The notes beneath the pieces are model-generated. The model saw only the letters and a program-made list of their open reading frames with translations, was not told the origin of the DNA and did not search any database. Of a DNA stretch of 64,000 nt, positions 19,056-27,876 are shown piece by piece. Position numbers and translations under genes: made by a program. This DNA is from Actinomycetota bacterium. Its GTDB lineage: Bacteria > Actinomycetota > Rubrobacteria > Rubrobacterales > Rubrobacteraceae. Within the stretch, counting starts at the first letter, position 1; every line of letters begins with the position of its first letter. The stretch lies in NCBI GenBank assembly GCA_046732815.1, contig JBKPNW010000063.1, positions 3,370-67,369 of the forward strand, written 5' to 3'.

Positions 19056-20591
19056 TCAGAGCTTGACAGGCGCGCTGGTGGCGAGTACCCGACCCGAGCG
19101 TTCTTTGGCTCGCACGGCCAAGTACGGACCCGTGGTCTGCGCCAGCATCACCGTCTCGAAGCCGTCCCTGGGGACCTCGCCCAACAACTCTAGATGGCCA
19201 GGACGTAACCCGGCGATCACCTCCCAAGTAGCGACCTCTGTGGCGCCGTTCCAACTGACGTACAGCGCCACCCGCTGGTCGGGTCTTTCCTCCACCGCTA
19301 CGGTCGGCTTGTCGGTGGGGTATCCGCTCCAGGGGAAGCGGAAGGCCCGGTAGGACTCGCCGTCGGGCGGGAAGCGTCCGTTCAAGAGCAGCTCGCCGTC
19401 GTAGGAGAACTCGGAGACGAACGGTGCGCTTCCCCACCCGACGAACACGTTTCCCCCGGGCAAGAGCTGCACGTTACCTTGGGACGTGGAGAGCAGCTTC
19501 TGGGGGGGAGTGTACCCGCGCACCAGGGTAGCGCGCATCTCGTGCTCGTCTAGCTCTAACACGATGCCGCGGGACGCTTCGTGAACCTTGGGGTGGGCGC
19601 CGTTGTCGAAGATGGTCATGGTGCCGTCTTCGTGACGCCTGGCGTCGTGCTGGAAGGCGGTCCGGGTGCCAGGTCCCATCTCGAAGTCGCTCTTTCTCCC
19701 GCCGAGGCGCCACAATACCTCGCCGCTCTCGCGGTTTACCTTGTAGACGGTCCAAGTATTGCGAGCAGAGAGGAGCAGGTCACCGTCTGAGTCCACGTCT
19801 ATGGAGTTGATGTGGAAGTAGTCGTAGAGATGGTCGGGATCCGAGGGCGGGTAGACATAGGACTCCTCGAGGCCCACGTGCTCCAGGCTGTGCCACTCGA
19901 AGAGAACCTCCCCGGTCTCGATGTCTACCTCCTGGGCGATCCCGTCCCACACCGCGCCCTCCGCGGGACCACCGACCACAGATAAATCTATGGGCACGGC
20001 CTCGTAGGACGTGAGCAGCGCGGTGTCCTGCGGGGTGATGAGGAACTCGTGGAGGTCCCCGCGGTAGCCGTCGCCCGCCTTGACCCGGCGCACCTCGCGG
20101 TAGGAGTCGTCGAGGATGACGTACTCGCCGACGCCGTGGCCAGCTACGACCTTTCCCTCCCACCAGGTGAGCACGGGCCTGCCCCGGTAGCGCTGCACCT
20201 TGAAGTCCCTTGCGGAGGTGTACCTGCCGAACCACACGAGCTGCCCCTGGTCGTCGATTATCATCGGGCCGTGCTCGCCTGCGCCCTCCTTCAAAGCCAA
20301 GAAGACGTAGCTGGGGGCGGTGCCGTACGCCCGCTCTGTCACCTCGACGGCGGCGGGGCTTAGGTCGGGGCGGGAGCGAAAGGCCCACACGCCCTTCGGA
20401 GGCGCGGGCGAGATGCTTGGCAACGGCCAGACCTTCGGGGTGCGTGGGGGGCTGGCCTTGGGGGTTCGCGAGGGCTCGAGCTTAGCGGTGCGCCCGAGCA
20501 GCTCGCAACCCACCGAGCTCGTCAGCGCGAGCCAGGTGGCCCCGGCGCCCAGCGCCGTGAGAAAGCGGCGTCGCGTGAAGTTAGCGGCCAC
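19056..20591 (-). CDS. Arylsulfotransferase (ASST) family protein, Tat-exported, paralog 1
   Basis: FTRRRFL twin-arginine leader; HEFLIT, DYFHINSI, FQHDAR and SQGNVQ.LP.GN motifs. Confidence 0.85.
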   Translation of the reverse strand: MAANFTRRRFLTALGAGATWLALTSSVGCELLGRTAKLEPSRTPKASPPRTPKVWPLPSISPAPPKGVWAFRSRPDLSPAAVEVTERAYGTAPSYVFLALKEGAGEHGPMIIDDQGQLVWFGRYTSARDFKVQRYRGRPVLTWWEGKVVAGHGVGEYVILDDSYREVRRVKAGDGYRGDLHEFLITPQDTALLTSYEAVPIDLSVVGGPAEGAVWDGIAQEVDIETGEVLFEWHSLEHVGLEESYVYPPSDPDHLYDYFHINSIDVDSDGDLLLSARNTWTVYKVNRESGEVLWRLGGRKSDFEMGPGTRTAFQHDARRHEDGTMTIFDNGAHPKVHEASRGIVLELDEHEMRATLVRGYTPPQKLLSTSQGNVQLLPGGNVFVGWGSAPFVSEFSYDGELLLNGRFPPDGESYRAFRFPWSGYPTDKPTVAVEERPDQRVALYVSWNGATEVATWEVIAGLRPGHLELLGEVPRDGFETVMLAQTTGPYLAVRAKERSGRVLATSAPVKL

Positions 20592-20679
20592 CTTCGGCTC
20601 GCTCGGCGCCAGGAGCTTCCTCGGCTTGGTCTGCGCCTTCAGCAGGCTCCTGAGGGTGCCGTGGTCGTTCTTCGCTCAT
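20581..20679 (-). CDS. Small acidic peptide MSEERPRHPQEPAEGADQAEEAPGAERAEGGR (32 aa)
   Basis: Strong RBS gaggagg before ATG 20679; its stop overlaps the ASST start; below the ORF-track size cut-off. Confidence 0.5.
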   Translation of the reverse strand: MSEERPRHPQEPAEGADQAEEAPGAERAEGGR

Positions 20680-20931
20680 GCTGCCTCCTCCCGCTTGGGA
20701 GTGCACTCGGGCGAATAGGGGCAGGGGGACGGGAACTCACGCCCGAGCGTAGGCTTGAGCATAGTCGCGTATCAGCTCGTGCGTCTTATTGGTTTCCCCT
20801 TGTCTTGGGCCGCTCATCCCGATGCGGTGCGCGGGGCTTCGCACCTCCCCTCGCACGTTAACTTCGTGGAACGATCGTCGCAGAGGCCGGGGCCACAATG
20901 GGAATCCCGACCGGACAAAACGTCCCGTCTT

Positions 20932-21159
20932 CTACTCTTGCTCGCTCTGGAAGCGGGGGACGAGCATCTCCTTGGCCCTCTGCGCCGCCTCCAGGTTGTT
21001 CTGCAGGATGCCGTCGAAGAACTCCACAAGCTCCTGGTCGCCCTCCGACTGGGCGTCCTGGATGTAGCTCTTGAGCGACTCCACGTTGTCGGAGGACTGG
21101 TAGAGCACCGTGATGAGGTTGTAGTTCTTGTCCTTGGGCTGCCTTGAGGCCTCGGTCAT
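20932..21159 (-). CDS. Small ferritin-like / general-stress hypothetical protein
   Basis: NYNLITVLY...Y.QDA...GD.EL..FF helical pattern; RBS aaggaga. Confidence 0.7.
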   Translation of the reverse strand: MTEASRQPKDKNYNLITVLYQSSDNVESLKSYIQDAQSEGDQELVEFFDGILQNNLEAAQRAKEMLVPRFQSEQE

Positions 21160-21200
21160 CTTCTCTCCTTCCGTTGGGTCAGTTCTTACGGACCCATTTC

Positions 21201-21228
21201 ATACCCAAGTGCGATGACCCGGCAAACC
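21201..21228 (-). promoter_or_regulatory. SigF/SigB-like stress promoter candidate
   Basis: Minus strand GGTTT-N17-GGGTAT, about 40 nt upstream of ATG 21159. Confidence 0.5.
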
Positions 21229-21492
21229 ACCGGGTTCGGAATCCCGCAGGGGAAGCCCCGACCGTATGAGAGAAACCGGCAACGGTCGGAGTCGTGGCGG
21301 AACCCGTTCGTACGGGGCCGCCTTGACCAAGGCACCGCTCCGGTCCCCGCCCCACGCGGGAGGATCGCCGGCTGGGCTTCCCGGCGCAAAGGAGGCCGAG
21401 CGGTCCGAGGCACAAGAACACCCCCAACGAGGGCGGTGTCAGACACAGGTTCCTGGAGCAGATCGTAACTCGACCGAAGCTGAAAAGCTCCT

Positions 21493-22980
21493 TCAGCTTC
21501 CCGACTCGACGGGCTTGGAATAGCCGAGTACCCGTCCTGACGCGTCTTTGGCCCGCACGGCGACGTACGGATCAGAGGTTTGCACCAGCATGGTCGTCTC
21601 GAAGCCGTCCCTGGGTAACGCTCCCAACGGCTCCAAGTGGTCCGGACTACGGCCGGCGAGAACCTCCCAGCTTTCGACCTCAGTGGCCCCGTTCCAGCTG
21701 GCGTAGAGCGCGAGGTCGCCGTCGGGTCCTCTCTCGACGGCCACAGCCGGGTTGTCGGTGGGGTGGGCGCTCCACGGGAAACGGAAAGCCCGGTAGGAGT
21801 CGTCCCTGGGGGGCAGGTGGGCGTCGAAGAGTAGCTTGCCGTCGGGGGAGAACTCGGAGATGTATCCCGCGCTGCCCCACCCGATGAACACGTTGCCGTT
21901 CGGCAGCACCTGCATGTTGCCCTGGGATGTGGCGAGCAGCCTGTCGGGGGAGGTGAGTACGCGAACCAGGGTGGCGGTCATGTCGTCCTCATCGAGCTCT
22001 ACCGTGATCCCTCGGGACTCCTGGTGCACCCTGGGTGCAGCACCGTTGTCGAAGATGGTGATGGTGCCGTCCTCCTGCCGACGGGCGTCGTGCTGGAAAG
22101 CGGTGCGTGTTCCCGGTCCCATCTCGAAGTCGCTCTTCTTGCCGCCGAGGCGCCAGATGATCTCGCCGCTCTCCCGGTCTATTTTGTAGACGGCGGAGGT
22201 GTTGCGGGCGGAGATGAGGAGGTTGTCGTCGTGGTCTATGTCTATGGAGTTGATGTGGAAGTAATCGTAGAACTTTTTGCCCTTCGGGCTGTGGTAGGAC
22301 TCGTCGGGGCCGATGTCGTCGAGGCTGTGCCATTCGAAGAGTACCTCCCCGGTCTCGATGTCGACCTCCTGGACGATACCCTCCAGCGCCAGGGCCTCAG
22401 CGAGGCCGCCGAGCGAGGAGAGATCCCTGATCACCGGGTTGTAGATAGTGATCAGGGCGGTGTCTTTCGGGGTGATGAGGAAGTCGTGCTGGTTTCCCTT
22501 GTAGCCATGGCCCGCCTGGACCCTGGTTACCTCCCGGTAGGACCTGTCTAGGATCACATACTCGCCTACGCTGGGCTTGGGGTATTGTCTTCCCTCCCAC
22601 CAGGTCAGCACCGGCTTGCCCTGGTAGTGCTGCACTTTGCAGTCCAGAGCGTACTTGCCATTGCGGAACCAGACGGGTTGTCCGAGATCGTCGACGATCA
22701 TCGGGCCATCCTGCCCCGGGCCCAACTTCGGGGCTATGAAGATGTAGCCGGGGGCCCGGCCCTGTGCCCGCCTGGTCACCGCGATGGCGGGCGGACCAAG
22801 GTCGGGGCGCGACCGAAACGACCACACGCCCTGTGAGGGCGCGGATGAGGTTTTGGGGGCGGGACGTACCTTTGGGGTGCGCTCGAGCAGGTCGCAGCCC
22901 ACCGTGTTTGTCAAGGCGAGATATGTAACGCCGGCGCTCGCCACTGCAAGAAACCGTCGACGGGTGAACCTGGCGCCCAT
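21493..22980 (-). CDS. Arylsulfotransferase (ASST) family protein, Tat-exported, paralog 2
   Basis: FTRRRFL leader and the same motif set as paralog 1. Confidence 0.85.
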   Translation of the reverse strand: MGARFTRRRFLAVASAGVTYLALTNTVGCDLLERTPKVRPAPKTSSAPSQGVWSFRSRPDLGPPAIAVTRRAQGRAPGYIFIAPKLGPGQDGPMIVDDLGQPVWFRNGKYALDCKVQHYQGKPVLTWWEGRQYPKPSVGEYVILDRSYREVTRVQAGHGYKGNQHDFLITPKDTALITIYNPVIRDLSSLGGLAEALALEGIVQEVDIETGEVLFEWHSLDDIGPDESYHSPKGKKFYDYFHINSIDIDHDDNLLISARNTSAVYKIDRESGEIIWRLGGKKSDFEMGPGTRTAFQHDARRQEDGTITIFDNGAAPRVHQESRGITVELDEDDMTATLVRVLTSPDRLLATSQGNMQVLPNGNVFIGWGSAGYISEFSPDGKLLFDAHLPPRDDSYRAFRFPWSAHPTDNPAVAVERGPDGDLALYASWNGATEVESWEVLAGRSPDHLEPLGALPRDGFETTMLVQTSDPYVAVRAKDASGRVLGYSKPVESGS

Positions 22981-23117
22981 CGTGAACCTTTACACCGATC
23001 GAGATCCCGGGTCATTTCGACAGACTAGAACCTCCGCGCACTCCGGCGAATAAGCAGGGAAAACGGACAGGACCCTATCACAGGATCCCATCCGCTAGCC
23101 AGATTTCTCGAGGGACG

Positions 23118-23492
23118 CTAGCGGCGGCGCACGAACAACGCTATGGCTGTCCCGTTGATCAGCAGGGTCAGCAGGACGGCCACCGGCACCAGCAAGGAGA
23201 TGCCACCGGTGTCGGGCAGGATCTTCTTCTCGGGGATCGTCTCGTCTATGACGCCGTCCTTGGCCGAGGTCGTGCCGTCCGCGGTGGTCGTCGTGGCAGC
23301 GGTGGTCGTGCCCGTAGTAGCGCCGGTCGTACCAGTGGTTCCCGTAGTGGTGCCAGTGGTGCCTGTCGTCCCCGTTGTAGTGCCTGTAGTGGTACCCGTA
23401 GTCGTCCCTGTGGTGGTACCTGTCGTCGTGCCCGTAGTAGTTGTGATTGGGCCCGTGGTCGTGGTGGTCGTCGTAGTAACGTCGAGAACTCG
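23118..23492 (-). pseudogene. Start-less C-terminal fragment of an LPXTG surface protein (Thr/Gly repeat stalk)
   Basis: Hand translation gives (TTTG)n, then KKILPDTGG, a hydrophobic helix and RRR-stop; in-frame TGA at 23493-23495; no initiation codon ahead of the stalk. Confidence 0.75.
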
Positions 23493-23537
23493 TCAACGCG
23501 AAGGTCGTAGAATCAACCAGCGTGTTGAAAAACTCGC

Positions 23538-23828
23538 CTACCCTGCCTTGTATGCGACGACCTCGCCAGCCGTGACTTGGGGTGGGTTCGGGCTCAAGAG
23601 ACCCAGATCCTCCGCCACGAACTCTCCCGCCCTAAAGGTCGACTGCTCCTCGGCGTCTTTGTGCTCGAAGACGCTGGTCGAAACCATCACGCCGTCACCC
23701 GCGTCGACACAGTAGTAAGCCACGAAGCCCGGCATCTCGCTGATGATTGGCACGAAGTCCTCCTCGACCAACTGTGCCACCTTTTGGGAGTCGGTCACGC
23801 CCTCGTAGCGCCTCACCGCAACGTACAT
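23538..23828 (-). CDS. ABM-like (dimeric alpha/beta barrel) small protein
   Basis: PGFVAYY and S.SVFE pattern; RBS aaggagg. Confidence 0.7.
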   Translation of the reverse strand: MYVAVRRYEGVTDSQKVAQLVEEDFVPIISEMPGFVAYYCVDAGDGVMVSTSVFEHKDAEEQSTFRAGEFVAEDLGLLSPNPPQVTAGEVVAYKAG

Positions 23829-24165
23829 AGCTTTGGCCTTCCTCCTTCACATTGAGGGCAGGGTCATCAGCCCCGCCCTGAGTCGATGAACGGGGCCCAT
23901 TGTGAAGGTTTAGGATATCTGGAGCAACTTCCTAGAACGCCGCAGCGTGTTGATAGAGTCGGCATCGAGCTGATTGTGACCCCAAATCGGGGGCCCAGGA
24001 GCCGTAAACTCGGTACGCTTCGTGCTCGCTTTCGGCTGAAAGCGGGCACCGTTCGAGATCTCGGTCGGGCGCGGCAGGGGCCCGGTGTGGTTGCTTGACC
24101 CTGACTTCGGCGGCGTGCCAGAATGGTCGAAATCACGGCGAAGCACGACGGTAGGGGGTATCGGC

Positions 24166-24777
24166 ATGGGTAAAGGGTTCATCTCCCGCGGTTTTCGCGG
24201 CCGGCGCAGGCGGTCCGAGGGCGACGACCGCATCCCCCCTGGCCAGTACCTTGTGGAAGGCTTTCCCGTTCTCTCCGCTGGCCCCACACCCCACACGCCC
24301 CTTGCGGAGTGGAGTTTTGCGATCGAGGGGGAGGTGGATGAGCCAAGGACGTGGTCGTGGGAGGAGTTTCGGGCTCTGCCTTCGGAGGAATTCACCAGGG
24401 ACATCCACTGCGTCACCAAGTGGTCGAAGCTTGGGACGACCTGGGAAGGGGTCGCCGTGGACTACCTGCTCGAAGGGGTTGATACGGAGGCGGAGTATGT
24501 GGTCGCCTTCTCTGATGGGGGCTACACGACGAACCTTCCTCTCGAAGAGGTCACGGGGGGCAAGGCCTGGATCGCCCACACCTTCGAGGGGGAACCGCTC
24601 TCCCCGGAACACGGGGGCCCAGCCCGCCTGCTCGTCCCCCACCTCTACCTCTGGAAGAGCGCCAAGTGGGTGCGCGGCCTCAGGCTCGTAAGCCAGGATG
24701 AGCCCGGCTTCTGGGAGTCCCTCGGCTACCACAACCACGGCGACCCGTGGCGCGAGCAACGCTACTGGGGTGACTAG
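24166..24777 (+). CDS. Sulfite-oxidase-like molybdopterin oxidoreductase
   Basis: IHCVTKWS, YTTNLPL, EHGGPARL and WKSAKW motifs. Confidence 0.9.
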   Translation: MGKGFISRGFRGRRRRSEGDDRIPPGQYLVEGFPVLSAGPTPHTPLAEWSFAIEGEVDEPRTWSWEEFRALPSEEFTRDIHCVTKWSKLGTTWEGVAVDYLLEGVDTEAEYVVAFSDGGYTTNLPLEEVTGGKAWIAHTFEGEPLSPEHGGPARLLVPHLYLWKSAKWVRGLRLVSQDEPGFWESLGYHNHGDPWREQRYWGD

Positions 24778-25525
24778 GGTGGCCGAAGCCCCGCGTAAGC
24801 TCGCCTGGCGTATCGGGGAGTTGGTCGAGACCAGCCCCGACACGCCGCGAACCAAGAGCCTTTTCCTGGAGGTGCCCGGTTGGGAGGGGCATAGGGCCGG
24901 CCAGCACGTCGACGTCAGGCTCACGGCGGAGGACGGGTACCAGGCCCAGCGCAGCTACTCCATAGCTTCGGCGCCGGAAGACGGCAGGGTCGAATTGCTC
25001 GTCGAGCGTCTGGACGATGGCGAGGTCTCGCCCTATCTGACGGAGGAGCTCAGGGTCGGCGACGGGTTGGAGTTGCGGGGTCCGATCGGGGGCTGGTTCG
25101 CATGGGAGACCAGGGAGGGCGGTCCCCTGCTCCTCGTCGCCGGAGGATCGGGCATAGCGCCGCTCATGGCGATGATCCGGCACCGCCAGGCGGCCGGCAG
25201 CGACACCCCCACCCGCCTGCTCTTCTCCTCCCGCTCCTACGGGGAGATCATCTTCCGCCAGGAACTGGAGCGACTCGCCTCGGGGGACGAGACACTGCAG
25301 ATAATCCACACGCTCACCCGGTCCCGACCAGAAGGCTGGACGGGCTACGACCGTAGGATCGACGAGGAGATGCTGGATGAGGTCGCTTTCTCTCCGGATG
25401 AGGACCCCCTGGCCTTCGTGTGCGGTCCCACCCCACTGGTCGAGACGGCCGCGACGGCGCTCGTCGGGCTCGGACACGAACCCACGCGCGTCAAGACCGA
25501 ACGCTTCGGACCGACAGGAGGATAG
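24770..25525 (+). CDS. Ferredoxin-NAD(P) reductase-like FAD-binding oxidoreductase
   Basis: RSYSIAS, GEVS, GGSGIAP, CGP and ERF motifs. Confidence 0.9.
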   Translation: MTRVAEAPRKLAWRIGELVETSPDTPRTKSLFLEVPGWEGHRAGQHVDVRLTAEDGYQAQRSYSIASAPEDGRVELLVERLDDGEVSPYLTEELRVGDGLELRGPIGGWFAWETREGGPLLLVAGGSGIAPLMAMIRHRQAAGSDTPTRLLFSSRSYGEIIFRQELERLASGDETLQIIHTLTRSRPEGWTGYDRRIDEEMLDEVAFSPDEDPLAFVCGPTPLVETAATALVGLGHEPTRVKTERFGPTGG

Positions 25526-25527
25526 CC

Positions 25528-25803
25528 ATGGACGAACAGAGGCTCGACGGCAATGCCGCGGCAGGGCTACTGGCCGAGATCTTCACGTTCGAGGTCACCA
25601 CGGCCCGGTCCGCCTGCACCCGTTGCGGCGCCACGGGAGAGGTCGGCGCCCAGATGGCCTACGTAACCGAGATTGGTACGGTGGTGCGCTGTGCCGCGTG
25701 CGACAACGCCCTGATACGGGTCGTCCGCCAGGACGAAGGACCAGGGCGTTACTGGGTAGATCTCAAGGGCGTAGAGTATCTGCAGTTCCAGCAACGGCTC
25801 TAG
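25528..25803 (+). CDS. DUF6510-like small protein with two CxxC motifs
   Basis: LDGNAAAG, CTRC, RCAAC; RBS aggagg. Confidence 0.7.
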   Translation: MDEQRLDGNAAAGLLAEIFTFEVTTARSACTRCGATGEVGAQMAYVTEIGTVVRCAACDNALIRVVRQDEGPGRYWVDLKGVEYLQFQQRL

Positions 25804-25882
25804 TACGCTCTTCAGCATTTCATACCGAGTCCGTCTGAATGGCATCGCCACCGCGCACGAGCCTACCTCTCCGGCTGCTCGT

Positions 25883-25907
25883 GGATTCCCGCTTTTGCGG
25901 GAATGAC
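25883..25907. repeat. dRS3-like repeat ATTCCC-N8-GGGAAT
   Basis: ggattcccgcttttgcgggaatgac. Confidence 0.8.
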
Positions 25908-26058
25908 GGAAGGGGAAGACTCGGCGTCCCGCAGCCGGTAAGCACGACCCTCCAGGCGGACTTGGTATCAGCTCGTAGTTTTTGCTCGTGATCTCAGTCA
26001 CGGATAGTACAGATGCGGCTTGACCTCTCTATCCCGTTTCCCTATTGTATGAGCGTGA

Positions 26059-26079
26059 TGCGAATGATTGTCATTTGCA
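26059..26079. promoter_or_regulatory. Fur-box-like operator upstream of efeUOB
   Basis: tgcgaatga-ttg-tcatttgca, 8/9 inverted repeat with an AATGA-N3-TCATT core. Confidence 0.6.
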
Positions 26080-26115
26080 CGAAGTAGTTTTCGTCATTGA
26101 AAGGGGGCGGCGCGA

Positions 26116-26958
26116 ATGTTGGCGGCCTTTGTTGTCCTTTTGAGGGAGGGGTTTGAGGCAAGTCTTCTGGTCGCGATTGTGCTTGCTTACCTCACCCAGA
26201 TCGGCCGCCGCGACGAGCGCCGGCAGGTATGGTATGGGGTGGGGGCTGCGATCGCGCTCTCGCTGGTCCTCTCTGGGGTCGTGTTTGCGACGGCGGGCGA
26301 GCTCGAGGGGCCGGCGGAGATGATCTTCGATGCGTGCGCGCTATTTCTTGCGGTCGGGTTTCTGACCTACATGGTGCTCTGGATGCGCCGGGAGTCTCGG
26401 CATCTCGCGGGTAATATCAGGCGGGATGTCGAGAGCGCGGTCGGACGCGGCGGCGGCCTCGCACTCGCCCTCCTCGTCTTCGTCATGGTGTTGCGCGAGG
26501 GGATCGAGACGGGGCTCTTCGTCTTCGGCATAACGCGCGCCTCCACCCCGCTCCAGACGGCCATCGGCGCGACGGCGGGCATCTTTGCGGCTGTCGGGCT
26601 CGGTTACGCCGTCTACGTTCTCGGTACGAGGATAAACCTCGGGGCCTTCTTCAAGTACACCGGGGCGTTCCTCATAATCGTGGCGGCGGGGCTTTTGGCT
26701 CAGGGTATCGCGGGCATACAGGAGGCCGGTGTCATCCCTGCGTTCTTCTACCCTCTGTGGGACGTGACCGAGATGCCCGTCCTCGGCGCGACGAGCGCCT
26801 TCGGGCAGTTCCTCGGAATCCTCGTGGGCTGGGACCCAAGGCCTGATTTGCTCGAGTTCTCGGTGTGGCTGATCTACCTCCTCGCCGTCGGCTACGCGTT
26901 CTTCCGGCCGCAGGAACCCGCCGCCGAGCGGGGCACGCGTCCCGCGCAGTCGGGCTAG
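26116..26958 (+). CDS. efeU: FTR1-family ferrous iron permease
   Basis: Two REGxE motifs (REGFE, REGIE). Confidence 0.93.
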   Translation: MLAAFVVLLREGFEASLLVAIVLAYLTQIGRRDERRQVWYGVGAAIALSLVLSGVVFATAGELEGPAEMIFDACALFLAVGFLTYMVLWMRRESRHLAGNIRRDVESAVGRGGGLALALLVFVMVLREGIETGLFVFGITRASTPLQTAIGATAGIFAAVGLGYAVYVLGTRINLGAFFKYTGAFLIIVAAGLLAQGIAGIQEAGVIPAFFYPLWDVTEMPVLGATSAFGQFLGILVGWDPRPDLLEFSVWLIYLLAVGYAFFRPQEPAAERGTRPAQSG

Positions 26959-26988
26959 GAAGTACCAGTTGAAGAGGGCGAACGTCCG

Positions 26989-27867
26989 ATGAGGGTCGCG
27001 GTCGGCGTGGCCCTGCTCGTACTCCTCTCGGCGGGCTGCAGCGTGGAGCGGGAGTGGATCACCACCAGGGATCCGTCCGAGGCAGAGGCTCAGAAAGAGA
27101 TGCAGGAGCAGTCCGCCTTCTTCGACATCGAGGGTAGTCCCGAACTCGACGCGGCGGCCCGCGAGTACCAGGACTACGTGGACGGGCAGAGCGAGTTGCT
27201 CGTGGAGGGTACGGAGGGGTTCGTAGCCGCCGTAAAGGCCGGAGATGTGGAAAAAGCGAAAGAGCTCTACGCCTCGTCGCGCGTACCGTGGGAGAGGATC
27301 GAGCCGATCGCCGAGAAGTTCGGAACCCTGGATCCTGAGGTGGACGCCAGGGAAGGCGACGTGCCCGACCGGCAATGGACGGGCTTCCACAGGATAGAAC
27401 GGGCCCTCTGGGTAGAGGGCACGACCGAGGGCCAGGACGAGTACGCCGCGGAGCTGATGTCTGACGTCGAACGCCTTGAGCGGAGGGTCGACGACGTGCG
27501 GCTGCGGGCCTCGGATCCGGTCTTCGGGGCGGTCGAGTTGCTGAACGAGGTCTCCGCGACCAAGATCACGGGCGAAGAGGAGCGTTATTCGCACACCGAC
27601 CTCTACGACATAGCGGCCAATGTCGAGGGGGCCGAGGTCGCCTTCGAGTTCGTCAAGCCAGTCGTGAAGCGACACAACCCTGGCCTCGTGGCCGAGATAG
27701 AGGCCCGCTTTACGGACCTGGAGCGAGAGATGGAACCTTACCGTCGGGGCGACGACTGGGTCAGCTATGAGAAGGTCGACGATGGCGAGCGGCGCGTGCT
27801 CAGCCAGAAGGTCGACGCCCTCGCCGAACCCCTCTCCCGTGTCGGCCGGGTGCTCAGCGGGTCCTAG
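26989..27867 (+). CDS. efeO: EfeO/EfeM iron-binding lipoprotein (imelysin-like domain only, no cupredoxin domain)
   Basis: LSAGC lipobox, WERIEPIAE, GFHRIE, EEERYSHTDL. Confidence 0.88.
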   Translation: MRVAVGVALLVLLSAGCSVEREWITTRDPSEAEAQKEMQEQSAFFDIEGSPELDAAAREYQDYVDGQSELLVEGTEGFVAAVKAGDVEKAKELYASSRVPWERIEPIAEKFGTLDPEVDAREGDVPDRQWTGFHRIERALWVEGTTEGQDEYAAELMSDVERLERRVDDVRLRASDPVFGAVELLNEVSATKITGEEERYSHTDLYDIAANVEGAEVAFEFVKPVVKRHNPGLVAEIEARFTDLEREMEPYRRGDDWVSYEKVDDGERRVLSQKVDALAEPLSRVGRVLSGS

Positions 27868-27876
27868 AGAATTGCT

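Noticed and set aside
21477-21499. aagctgaa...ttcagctt hairpin as a twelfth element
   Set aside because: It has a single unit pair in the opposite arm order and overlaps a stop codon; a plain terminator-like hairpin is sufficient.
23095-23496. His/Asp/Tyr-rich ORF ([12 protein letters not shown]...) as a metal-binding protein
   Set aside because: It is the shifted frame of the Thr/Gly repeat. The frame ending in LPDTG-TM-RRR explains the codon pattern. The Val-rich plus-strand ORF 23143-23715 is its antisense shadow.
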